From the NCBI RefSeq assembly GCF_004010195.1, contig NC_057758.1:5174396-5215855 (forward strand): a stretch of 41,460 nt of DNA, in the 5' to 3' direction. The notes under the pieces are model-generated. The model worked only from the letters and a program-made list of their open reading frames with translations, ran no database searches and was not told the origin of the DNA. Origin of the DNA: Chiloscyllium plagiosum (lineage: Eukaryota). The translations under genes were made by a program, and so were the position numbers. Below are positions 10,771 through 21,170 of the stretch, one piece after another (positions within the stretch are counted from its first letter, which is position 1; every line of letters starts with the position of its first letter).

Positions 10771-12025
10771 AACACACTGCCTGAGTGAGAAACTAATTGG
10801 CAAATGTACCCATAATGTGGACAAATGTGAGGTTATCCACTTTGGCCCCAAATGTAGGAAGGCAGATTATTGTAAGAATGGTATCAGTTCAAGGAAAGGT
10901 GAGGTGCAACGAAACCTGGGCATCATGGTGGAACGGTCGCTGATGGATAGTATGGAGGTACAGCAGGCAGTCAGGGAACCTAATGACATGCTGGCCTTCG
11001 TCGCAAGAATGGTTGATATCGGAGTAAGGATGTCTTGCTGCACTTATATAGGGCCTTGGCGTAGCCACACTTTGAGAAGTCCGTGTAGCTTTGAACTCTT
11101 TGGCTGAGAAATAGCGTTATTGCTATTGACGGCGTCCAGCAATGGTTCACCAGACTGATTCGGAGATGGCAAGATTGACATTTGAGGAAAGTCGAAGTGT
11201 GTGAATATAGAAAGCAGCACAGCAGTTCAGGCAACATCCAATGAGCAGGACTTTCGATGATTCATAAGCCCTTCACCAGGCATAAGGAGGAGGTAGTGGG
11301 TGACACATAAATGGAGGCCTAGCGTGGGGCTGCGTGGACGTATGGTGGGATGGCAATTGATAGATACAGGTGGGAAGTGTTTGGAAACGATGCTGGGACG
11401 AATGGTTTGGATGGGTGAGAAGGGGGCTGGCAGCTTGGTCAAGTTAAAAGGCCTTAATGACTTGGAAGGCTCGATTTGGGATGAAGTGGGGCAAGTGGAA
11501 ATGAGGAAACTGGTGAAATTGGCATTAATTCCGTGTGTTGCAGGACCCAGGACGGAAGTTGAATTGTTCTTCTTCCAGTTAGCGGGTGGCTTTGACTTGT
11601 CGGTGAATGAAGGTGATGAAAGTTTTGTTGGATAGAGCGTGTATTCACTGGAACTTAGAAGGGTGGCGAGCCATTGTCACGGGAACATATGACATGCTCA
11701 TGGGGCTACACACGCTAGATGACAGAAGAATGTTGCTGATGTTAGTAAAGTCCAGAACTCGGGGTCAGAGCCTAATAATAAGGAGTATGCTAGTCAGATT
11801 TGAGATGAAGAAGAATTTGCTCATTCACAGAGTTATGAACGCTTGGAATTCTCTCCCCCAGGATTTTCTTTCAGTCCAGTTCATCAGACATATTAAATGT
11901 GGTATGGGCAGGAAGTTGGAATGAGATACTGAGACTTCATGATCAGCCATGATCCTGTTGAATGGTAGTGCATGCTCGAAAGGCCGAATGCTCTACGTCT
12001 CAATCCATTGTTTGTGTTTCTATGT
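10705..12025 (+). mobile_element. Old CR1 LINE 3' fragment interrupted by a Penelope-like fragment
   Basis: NVDKCEVIHFG, SRTRGQSL, VMNAWNSLPQ motifs and CR1 3' UTR GATCAGCCATGATC; tail TTTCTATGTTTCT. Confidence 0.85.
11205..11615 (-). mobile_element. Decayed Penelope-like element fragment
   Basis: Begins with a degenerate version of the 450-665 terminal motif (CAGGCAACATCC...GAGCAGG...AAGCCCTTCA), followed by a purine-rich tract; splits the CR1 fragment. Confidence 0.6.
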
Positions 12026-12391
12026 TTCTGGTATTGTGAATATGTTACGACAATAGTCAGGAGAGAAAGATCCTTAATTTGTGTATGAGCAACATTTCTG
12101 CAATACTATTTTCATCATACATGTGGCAGGGCTTGTTTCCCCACCCGCTCTGCAGGAGTTGAATCATTTCATCTAAGTCACGTTCAGGTGCTAGAAAATT
12201 CAAGCAAAGGAGGCTGCTTGAGAAAATGCCGTGGAAACGGATATCCTGATCAACCCAAACTTTATGAATGCACATATTTAACAGAAAAAAAGAAATAAGA
12301 TTATCAATGTGAATGATCCTTTGATATCTGGCTTGTCATGCATATAAACAGAAACCACCAGCCTGCATTTGGTAAAACAATATAACAAATG

Positions 12392-12443
12392 CTAATTATG
12401 GAAAAACTAATTATCTCCTTGGTGGATTGAATGGTGCATAAAT
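12392..12443 (+). promoter_or_regulatory. Candidate proximal promoter of GPCR gene copy 1
   Basis: CTAATTAT twice (12392-12399, 12407-12414) and TATA-like CATAAAT (12437-12443), about 75 nt upstream of the ATG. Motif match only. Confidence 0.35.
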
Positions 12444-12514
12444 GAGCTCGTCTGCTATTAGCTATGACATCCACCAGTCAGTGCCTTCCTGTTTATACGG
12501 AATTTACTGAGAAA

Positions 12515-12584
12515 ATGGAAAAACCTGCAATAATGCTGGTAAAAGAGTATTACTACCCGATTATTGCAACCATTGGCATACCTG
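12515..12584 (+). CDS. GPR139/GPR142-like class A GPCR, copy 1, exon 1 (MEKPAIMLVKEYYYPIIATIGIP + phase-1 G)
   Basis: AAAATGG Kozak-like start; donor G|GTATGT at 12584/12585; joins in frame to the acceptor at 13212, giving TM1 YYPIIATIGIPANVMTLIIL. Confidence 0.9.
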
Positions 12585-12619
12585 GTATGTTCTAATCATC
12601 TGTTTCTTGATAATTGCGA

Positions 12620-12765
12620 TGATGTGAAGGAGTTGGTGTTGTACTTGGATGGACAAACTCAGAGGTCAAACGACACCAGGTTATTTTCAGGTGATTTCAA
12701 ATGACTAAAGCTTGTGATTTCAAGTAAACCTGTTGGAGACTAAACTGGTGTCGTGTAACCTTTGT
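12620..12765. mobile_element. Degenerate palindromic Penelope-like fragment in the GPCR intron (copy 1)
   Basis: Inverted repeat ACGACACCAG...CTGGTGTCGT and AAACCTGTTGGA motif shared with 2123-2328. Confidence 0.6.
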
Positions 12766-13211
12766 ATTAGTAATTGATATTGACGATTTCATTTTTCCTA
12801 CTACAAAGCAGGAAAGTAGTGGTCTCCTCCGAATAAGCGTTCTCAGTCCGCTTGTCAGGTGAGCAAACATTCTACTCGATCATGTTCCATCTACCTTACT
12901 AAAATATCATTACTCCTGTTGCAATATTTTTGAAACGACTGCACAAAAGTTTTAGTAGAGTTCCGTATTATTCTGTGCAGTTCAGACAGAGTTGATAATG
13001 GTATTTCAGGTATCTATCGCATTTATAAAATGGTAATGGACATATAAGGTGTATCACTTCCCATGCAACGTCCCAATAATAAGCTTCATCTTTTAGTTTT
13101 TTTTTTCATACCGATGCTCTGTAAATGGAATAAATCTTTCACAGCATGTGCTTCTTAATTGATGTCAATCAGTTGTTAAAACGTGCCTAATCTGGTCTCT
13201 CCTCCTTGCAG

Positions 13212-13306
13212 CAAATGTGATGACTCTTATAATTCTGCCTCGAAGGAACTGCGGTGTTACTAAGTGCACGTCAGTCTACATGATAGCCATGGCCTCAGCT
13301 GATCTA
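13212..13306 (+). CDS. GPR139/GPR142-like GPCR, copy 1, start of exon 2 (truncated by gap)
   Basis: Acceptor TCTCTCCTCCTTGCAG|; NVMTLIILPRRNCGVTKCTSVYMIAMASADL, identical in protein to copy 2 (one synonymous change). Confidence 0.9.
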
Positions 13307-13806
13307 NNNNNNNNNNNNNNNNNNNNNNNNNNNNNNNNNNNNNNNNNNNNNNNNNNNNNNNNNNNNNNNNNNNNNNNNNNNNNNNNNNNNNNNNNNNNNN
13401 NNNNNNNNNNNNNNNNNNNNNNNNNNNNNNNNNNNNNNNNNNNNNNNNNNNNNNNNNNNNNNNNNNNNNNNNNNNNNNNNNNNNNNNNNNNNNNNNNNNN
13501 NNNNNNNNNNNNNNNNNNNNNNNNNNNNNNNNNNNNNNNNNNNNNNNNNNNNNNNNNNNNNNNNNNNNNNNNNNNNNNNNNNNNNNNNNNNNNNNNNNNN
13601 NNNNNNNNNNNNNNNNNNNNNNNNNNNNNNNNNNNNNNNNNNNNNNNNNNNNNNNNNNNNNNNNNNNNNNNNNNNNNNNNNNNNNNNNNNNNNNNNNNNN
13701 NNNNNNNNNNNNNNNNNNNNNNNNNNNNNNNNNNNNNNNNNNNNNNNNNNNNNNNNNNNNNNNNNNNNNNNNNNNNNNNNNNNNNNNNNNNNNNNNNNNN
13801 NNNNNN
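13307..13806. other. Assembly gap (500 N, probably a placeholder size)
   Basis: Exactly 500 N; the missing part of exon 2 alone is 810 nt in copy 2. Confidence 0.99.
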
Positions 13807-15344
13807 GTTCTTTGAAGCGGTACTTCATCAAATATCTTCCAGAAAACTAAGTATAATACAAGTAATGGTTCTCCTTTACGCCCAAAAAAAAACGTTACGA
13901 ACTAGCAATTAGAAGACACATGATTTTCCTTTTGTAAACCATGTCGACTACGACTGATTAATGTGAACTGGAGTATCCCACTGAAACATTTTAAACATGT
14001 TTCCTCTAAAAGAAGCTAATGTAACTGAGATGAGTTTTGTTTTTTATTTTTCTTGTCCTCTGTATTCTATTTGCGATATGGTCATCTAAAGTGACCTCCC
14101 TTGAATGTATTAAGTTTTAAAAATTCAATCTAAGTAATTCAATACTCACCACATCGTGAGAGCACTGTACAAAAGCCCATCAGAACTCGGGTTCTTGTCA
14201 GACTGAAGCTTCAATGGTGCTGTCTTTACCGTGGCTGCTACCCTGTTTGTTTCGTCCCTCTACTAAAGAGTACAGGCACTGGGATTGTGAGTTCAGGGAT
14301 TCATCTATCTTCGTAAATCAATACATTTTATTTCTTGACTGAATAGAATGCGAATGCATCAACAGGGTTCACATACGACCATTACCTTGCTGCTCAAACT
14401 GCTGATGGCACTTTTGGCCTTCTGAACTTCTGTCCACGATTCGTATGTATATTTCCGATCCTGGTGCAAACTGAGGATGACAATAGCATTACACATCGAA
14501 TAATCTATATGTCAGACTACAGTCAGTGCAGTCTTAGAACAGTACTGATCATTCAGCTCCCGATGTTGTGCTGGCATTTTATCTCACTCAAACATCAGAT
14601 TAACCAACACAACCTTTATTGTATTATTTTCCATGTGCCTATCGAAGAGTCACTTGAATGTACGTAATATGCATGACTCTACTACCACTCCAGGAAGTGT
14701 ATGTGACGCACCCATCAATCTCTGTGTAAAGAAACTCCATCTGACATCTCCCCTCAACCTTCCTCCAATTACCATTACACTATGCCCCACGTGGTAAACA
14801 TTTCCACGTTGGGAAAATGTCTCTGGCTACACATTCTATCTCTGCCTCTCAGCATCCTGTACTCCTCCTTCAAGTCACCTCTCATCCTACTTTACTCCAA
14901 TGAGAAAAACCCTCACTCCCTTTACCTTTCTTCATATAACATGTCCTCCTGTCCAGGCAGCATCCTAGTAAATCTCCTCTGCACCCTCTCTAAAGTTTAC
15001 ACATTTTTTCGATAACGACACAAACAGAACTGAAAGTGATATTCCAAGTGTCGTCTAATGAGCTCTCTGCAGACCAGCAGAATAACCTCGCACCTCTTAA
15101 ACTCAATTCGCCTGCTGATGATAGCCAACATACCTTATGCATTCTAAACTAATCTATCAACTTGGGTGACAACATTGAGGTCTCTATGGACACGGACTCT
15201 GAGATTCCTCTGTTCCTCCATACTGCCAAGGATCCTTTATTAAACCTTGTAATCTGCATTCAAATACGACCTTCCAAACTGAATGATTTTGCACTTTTCC
15301 TGGTTGAATTCTATCTGCCACTTCTCAGCCCGGATCGGCATCCC

Positions 15345-15656
15345 AGAATCATCGAATCCTTATTGTGCGGATCAGTGTTGGCCTAACAAGTCCAAACGAT
15401 TCTCTGAAGAGTAACCCAACCAGACCCATTTCTCTACATTTAACCCCTGACTAATGCACGCAAGTTACATGTCCCTGAACACTTGAGTATTTAGCATGGC
15501 GAATTCACATTAAATGCAAATCTTTGGATTGTGTGAGGAAATCGGAGCGCCCGGTGGAAACCCACACAGACATAGGGAGAACGTGCAAAGTCCAAGCAGA
15601 CAATCGCCGAGGCTGGAATCGATCTCAGTGCTAATCACTGAGCCACCGAGATGCCC
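15345..15656 (-). mobile_element. HE1-type SINE (diverged)
   Basis: Reverse complement of the HE1 head (CACTGAGCCACCG), core (GGAAACCCACACAGAC..GGGAGAACGTGCAAA) and tail. Confidence 0.88.
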
Positions 15657-16579
15657 TGGTGGTAGGGGACATCCTCTGAACGTCCCATTGCAACCGAGAA
15701 CAGCCCTCCACAATATACACAACTCCAACAACCTTCGGGTCATTAGCAATCCTGTTAATCCACCCTTCCAATTGCTCATCCAAATCATTTATAAAAATCA
15801 AAGAGAGTAGAGATCCCATAATCTATCCCTGAACACCATCGGTCACCAAGCTCCCGGCTGAATAGTTTATATGTATCACCACACGCTATCTTCTATTGGC
15901 TAAACAATTCATTACCCAGACTGCCAGATTTCCCCAGACCTCACGCCTCCTGATTTTCTGAAGGAGCCAACCCTGGGGAATATTTTCAAATGCATTGCTG
16001 AAATCCATGGAAACCACATCCATTGCTCTCTCTTCATCAACGTATTTTCTTACATCCACAACCAATTCAATAAGCTTTCAGAGTTTTGCGCTGCCACTCA
16101 CAAGTCCGTGTTAACTATGATTTCCTCAGTACTCATAAATCCTGTCTCTCAGAATCCTCTCAAATAATTTGCCCACAACTGACGTAAGACTTACTGGTGT
16201 TTAATTCCCAGGATTTTCCCTATCCCTTTATTGTACAAGGGAATAACATTTGTTACCCTTCAATCATCTGGAATTACTCCAATAGACAGTGCAGACGTAC
16301 AGATAATCTCAAATGGCACAACAACTTAATTCCTCACTTCCTGTCATAACTTCGACTATATCCTCTCTGGCCCAGGAAACTCAACTGTCGTGACGTTTTT
16401 CAAAATTTTCATCCCATCCTTTTCCTAACAGGAACCTGTGTCACGCTATCCTCCCAAAAGACACGATCCCTCTCAGGAATCAACACTGAAGCAAAGTATT
16501 TAGTCCGGACGTCCCCTACCTCCTCTGACTACGGCTCAATAACTTTCCACGATCCTTGATCGGCCATAACATCATTCCG

Positions 16580-16833
16580 AGCTGAACATGTGTTGCTGGA
16601 AAAGCGCAGTAGGCCAGGCATGAACATGTGTTGCTGGAAAAGCGCAGTAGGCCAGGCAGTATCCAAGGAGCAGGGGAATCGACGTTTCGGGCATGAGCCC
16701 TTCTTTCCTGAAGAAGTGCTCATGCCCGAAACGTCGATTTTCCTGCCCCTTGGATGCTGCCTGACCTGCTGCGCTTTTCCAGCAACACATTTTCAACTCT
16801 GATCTCCAGCATCTGCAGTCCTCACTTTCTCCT
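16580..16833. mobile_element. Palindromic Penelope-like fragment, copy 2, with an internal 38-bp tandem duplication
   Basis: TSD CATAACATCATTCCG at 16565-16579 and 16834-16848; 16583-16620 repeated at 16621-16658; hammerhead-like CTGAAGA...GAAACGTC at 16708-16735. Confidence 0.8.
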
Positions 16834-17768
16834 CATAACATCATTCCGGCCATCCTCTTTTCCTCATAGAAATGTGGAACACTTTGGCGCTTTCCTTCAT
16901 CCTACCTGTCAATTTTTTTCCATGCCCACCCATGCAGCTGTCCAGATTCCATTCGTCAGTTCCTTTCTGGCTAACTTTTAATCCGCTAAAGCTCTGTGGA
17001 ATCCTTGATTCCTCAACTTTAAGTAAGCTTCCATTTTCCTCTTCACGATATGTTTCACAAACCTGATCACCCACGCTTCTTTCAACCTACCATCCCGGCC
17101 TTGCCTCAGTGGGTCAAACATGTTCAGCACTATGAGCAACTGCTTCCTAAACAACCTCTCAACTTCTGTCGTGCATTTCCCTGAGAACATATGTCCACAA
17201 TGCAGACGGACAGTTTCTGTCTAATAGCATTGTCATCCTCGATACCACCTGCTTCTAACCCTCTTCAGGAGTACAGGAAATGTCATGGAATTAGAATCAA
17301 TATCTCTGAAATACTCTTCCATCGAGAGGTCTGACACCTGGTATGTTTCGTTGCCAATCACGAAACCCGAAATGGCCTCCACTCCAGTCAGTCTATCTGC
17401 ATATTGCATCTGTATCCGCTGTTATTGACCTCCATCGAGTCCCATGGTTTATCACTGAAGACGGGCAAGGATTCTGCACCTTTTAACTTTATTACATTTT
17501 TTATCTTTTTTGGGGTTAGATTCTGCTCTGAAGTACTTTTCTTCCGAAGATAGTGATGTTAATAGTGACGTTGCACACATTTCGCTGTACTCCTCTATCA
17601 CTGCGCTCGGGTACACGTGATAACACAACCAAAACATAATTATTTTTAATTCAGGCAAAAAAAAATCAGAAATAAGTCGGGAGAGAAATTCATGAAATAA
17701 TAAAATCAGTAAACAATGGAACATTCGGCATGTCCTCCAACCATTGGGCAATAAGCATGTTTTCATAT

Positions 17769-18078
17769 CAGCACGGTGGCTCAGTGGTAAGTACTGCTGA
17801 CTCACAGTGCCAGGGACCTGGGCAACTGTTTGTGTGGAATTTGCACATTCTTCCCGTGCCTGCGTGGGTTTCCTCGGGTGCTCCGGTTTCCTCCCACAGT
17901 CCAAAGATGTGCAGGTTAGGTGAATTGACCATTCTACATTGTACGTATTTTTAGGTGGATTAGTCAAGGGTAAATGTAGGAGAACGGGTCTGGGTGGGTT
18001 GCTCTTCGGAGGATCGAAGTGGACTTGTTGGGCCTAACGGCCTGTTTCCACTCTGTAGGGAATCTAATGAAATCTAAT
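17769..18078 (+). mobile_element. HE1-type SINE (paralog of 1601-1908)
   Basis: Same sequence and flanks as the copy 1 element. Confidence 0.92.
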
Positions 18079-18104
18079 ATATTCCAGTTGTAGTGCGAAA
18101 GATT

Positions 18105-18870
18105 TTTGGAGACGTACAGCACATAAATAGACCCTTCGGTCCACCTCATCCATGCCGTCCAGATATCATAAGCTAATCACACCCCATTTTGCCTGCAATT
18201 GGCCCATATCCAACTGAACCCTTCCTATTCATGTACCCATCCAGATGCCTTTTAAATGATGTAATTTTGCCTACATCTACCACTTCCTCTGATTTGGAGA
18301 TGCTGGTGTTGAATTGGGGTGCATACAGTTAAAAATCGCACAACACCTGATTATAGTCCGATAGGTTTAATTGGAAATATTAGATTTCGGAGCGCCACTC
18401 TTTCATCAGGTGGTGAAGGAGTGGAGCTCCGAAAGCTAGTGCTTCCAATTAAACCTGTTGGACTATAACATCGTGTTGTGTCATTTTTAACTTTGTACTT
18501 CCTCTTGCAACTCATTCTCGGCACAAACCACCCTTTGTATGAAAGAACTGTCCCTTCCAATTTTTTTCCTCTCTCACCGTAAACCATTGTCTTCTAATTC
18601 TGATCTCCCCCGCCATGGGTAAAAAAACCTTGTCTATTTATCCAATCCATACATTTCATAACTTTTCAAACTTCTAAGGGGTCACCCTTCAAGCACCAAT
18701 ACTACAGAAAAAGCAGCCGCTGCCTATTCAACCTATCTCTGCAGCTCAAATCCTCCAACGTTGTCAAAATCTTTGTAAATCTTTTCTGTACCCTTTCAGG
18801 TATTGCCATATCCTTCCGATAGGAAGGAGGCTAAAATTACACACAATATTCCAAATATATGGATCTTCCT
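18105..18870 (-). mobile_element. CR1/HER1 3' fragment (paralog of 1940-2700)
   Basis: Collinear with copy 1. Confidence 0.7.
18291..18496. mobile_element. Palindromic Penelope-like fragment, family 2, copy 2
   Basis: TSD ACTTCCTCT at 18282-18290 and 18497-18505; same inverted repeat as 2123-2328. Confidence 0.75.
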
Positions 18871-19034
18871 TTGTCTTCTCCGTACCAATGATATTCATAC
18901 AGGAAACTAATTGACAGACGTAACAAATCTGAACGTTTGTGTCTCTGGTAAGGCGGCGATTGTTGCCCATTCATAGTTTCTCGTGATAGGGTGGTGATGA
19001 GCTTCAGTCTTAAACTATAAGTGTTATTACAGTA

Positions 19035-21170
19035 AGACCTATTATGATAAGCTTCAATCTACAATTTGAAAGGGAGAGAGTACAAATGGTAGGGACAATA
19101 TTTCAGTTGAATAAAGGGAACTATGGAGCTATGAGGGAGGAGCTGGCCAAAGTTCAATGGTGCATTACCTCAACAGGGATGACAGTGGAGGAATAATGGC
19201 AGATATTTCTAGGTATAATGCAGGAGATGCAGAATCAGTTCATTCCAAAAAGGAAGTAAGATCCTATGAGGAGGCGGGGTGGCCGTGGCTGACGAGGGAT
19301 GTTAAGAAACATATCAAGTCAAAAGAGAAAAATAGAGCATAGCAAAGATAAGTGGGAAAACGGAGTACTGGGAAGCTTTTGAAGAACAACAGAGGATTAC
19401 CAAGAACGAAATACGGAGATAAAAAAATGAGGTACAAAGATAAATTGGTATGGCAGAAGAGTTGAATTGGTACTTTGGATCTGCGTTCACTGAGGAAGAC
19501 ACAAGCAATATCCCAGAGGTAACAGTGGCTGAAGGACCTGAACTTAAGGGAATTTATATTTGCCAGGAATTGGTGTTGGAGAGACTGTTAGGTCTGAAGG
19601 CTGATAAGTCCCCGGGGCCTGATGGTCTACATCCCAGGATACTGAAGGAGCGAGCTCTGGACATCGAGGATGCGTTGGTGATTATTTTCCAGAGTTCGAC
19701 AGAATCATTTCGTGCGGATTGGAGGGTGGCTAATGTTGTACCACTTTTTAAGAAAGGAGCGAGAGAGAAAGCAGGAAATTATAGACCAGTTAGTCTGACC
19801 TTCGTGGTGGGAAAGATGCTGGAGTCAATTATAAAGGATGGAATTACGACACATCTGGATAGCAGTAACAGGATAGGTCAGAGTCAGCATGGATTTATGA
19901 AGGGGAAATCATGCTTGACTAATCTTCTGGAATTTTTTGAACATGTAAATCTGAAGATGGACAACGGAGATCCAGCGGATGTAGGGTACCTGGACTTTCA
20001 GAAAGCCTTTGATAAAGTCCCACATAGGAGGTTAGTGAGCAAACTTAGGGCGAATGGTATTGGGGCAAAGTACGAACTTGGATTGATAATTGGTTGGCTG
20101 ACAGAAAACAAAGAGCAGTGATAAGCAGCTCCCTTTCGAATGTCAGGCGGCGACCAGTGGGGTACCGCAGGGATCAGTGCTGTGACCGCAGCTTTTTACA
20201 ATATATATTAATGATATAGAAGATGGAATTAAGAGTAACATTAGCAAAGTTGCTGATGATACAAAGCGGGGTGGCAGGGTGAAATGTGAGGAAGAATGTT
20301 AGGAGATTACAGGGTGACCTGGACAGGTTAGGACAGATGCATGGCAGATGCAGTATAATGTGGATAAAAGTATGGTTATCCACTTGGGTGGCAAGAACAG
20401 GAAGGCAGATTACTACCTAAATGGAGTCTAGTTAGGAAAAGGGGCAGTACAAAGAGATCTGGGTGTTCTTGTACACCAGTCAATGAAGGCAAGCATGCAG
20501 GTACAGCAGGTAGTGAAGAAAGATAATAACATGCTGGCCTTCATAACAAGAGGGATTGAGTATAGAAGCGAAGAGGTGCTTCCGCAGCTGTACAGGGCCC
20601 TGGTGAGACCGCACCTGGAATATTGTGTGCAGTTCTGGACTCCAAATTTGAGGAAAGACAATCTGGCTAATGAGGGAGTGCAGCGTATGTTCACGAGGTC
20701 AATTCCTGGAATGGCAGGACTATCTTATGTTGAAATATTGGAGCGACTGGGCTTGTATACCCTTGAGTTTAGAAGACTGAGAGGGGATCTGATTGAGACG
20801 TATAAGATTATTAAAGGATTGGAAACTCTGGAGGCAGGAAACATGTTTCCGTTGATGGGTGAGTACCGAACCAGAGGACACAGCTTAAAAATAAGGGGTA
20901 GCCCATTTAGGACAGAGATGAGGAGAAACTTCATCACTCAGAGAGTGGTGGGAGTATGGAATGCTCTGCCCCAAAAGGCAGTGGAGGTCCAGTCTCTGGA
21001 TTCGTTTAAGAAAGAGTTGGATAGATCTCTCAAGGATATTGGAATCGAGGGTTATGGAGATAAGGCAGGAACAGGGTACTGATTGAGGATGATCCGCCAT
21101 GATCATAATGAATGGTGGTGCAGGCTCGAAGGACAGAATGGCCTCCTCCTGCACTTATTGCCTATTGTCT
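19035..21170 (+). mobile_element. 5'-truncated CR1-clade LINE (RT pseudogene), copy 2
   Basis: ORFs 19450-20121 and 20483-21082 carry CR1 RT motifs (ADKSPGPDGLHPRILKE, LYRALVRPHLEYCVQFW); about 120 bp deleted near 19449 relative to copy 1. Confidence 0.95.

Larger units (their letters stand above)
1..13306 (+). repeat. Segmental duplication, copy 1 (cut by the window start on the left and an N gap on the right)
   Basis: Position 1 TCATAAATCCTGTCTCTCAGAATCC matches 16133. Collinear through all nested repeats up to GCTGATCTA at 13306 = 28915. About 13 differences in the first 420 nt by eye. Confidence 0.97.
14500..17425 (-). mobile_element. Decayed CR1/HER1 LINE, 3' UTR through RT, with nested SINE and Penelope inserts
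   Basis: Minus-strand IFINDLDEQLEGWINRIANDPKVVG (degenerate FADD region) and other CR1 ORF2 motifs; contiguous with the duplicated segment. Boundaries approximate. Confidence 0.8.

Noticed and set aside
13217..13912. 231-aa ORF, and other ORFs spanning N runs (3949-4766, 13304-13831, 32220-32967)
   Set aside because: Artefacts of translating through gaps; only 13212-13306 is real coding sequence.
16583..16658. CRISPR-like direct repeats
   Set aside because: Two adjacent 38-bp copies with no spacer, inside a vertebrate retroelement fragment; no cas genes.
19450..21082. 223-aa and 199-aa reverse transcriptase ORFs as a host gene or active element
   Set aside because: Frameshifted pieces of a 5'-truncated CR1 with no endonuclease domain and a damaged catalytic region.
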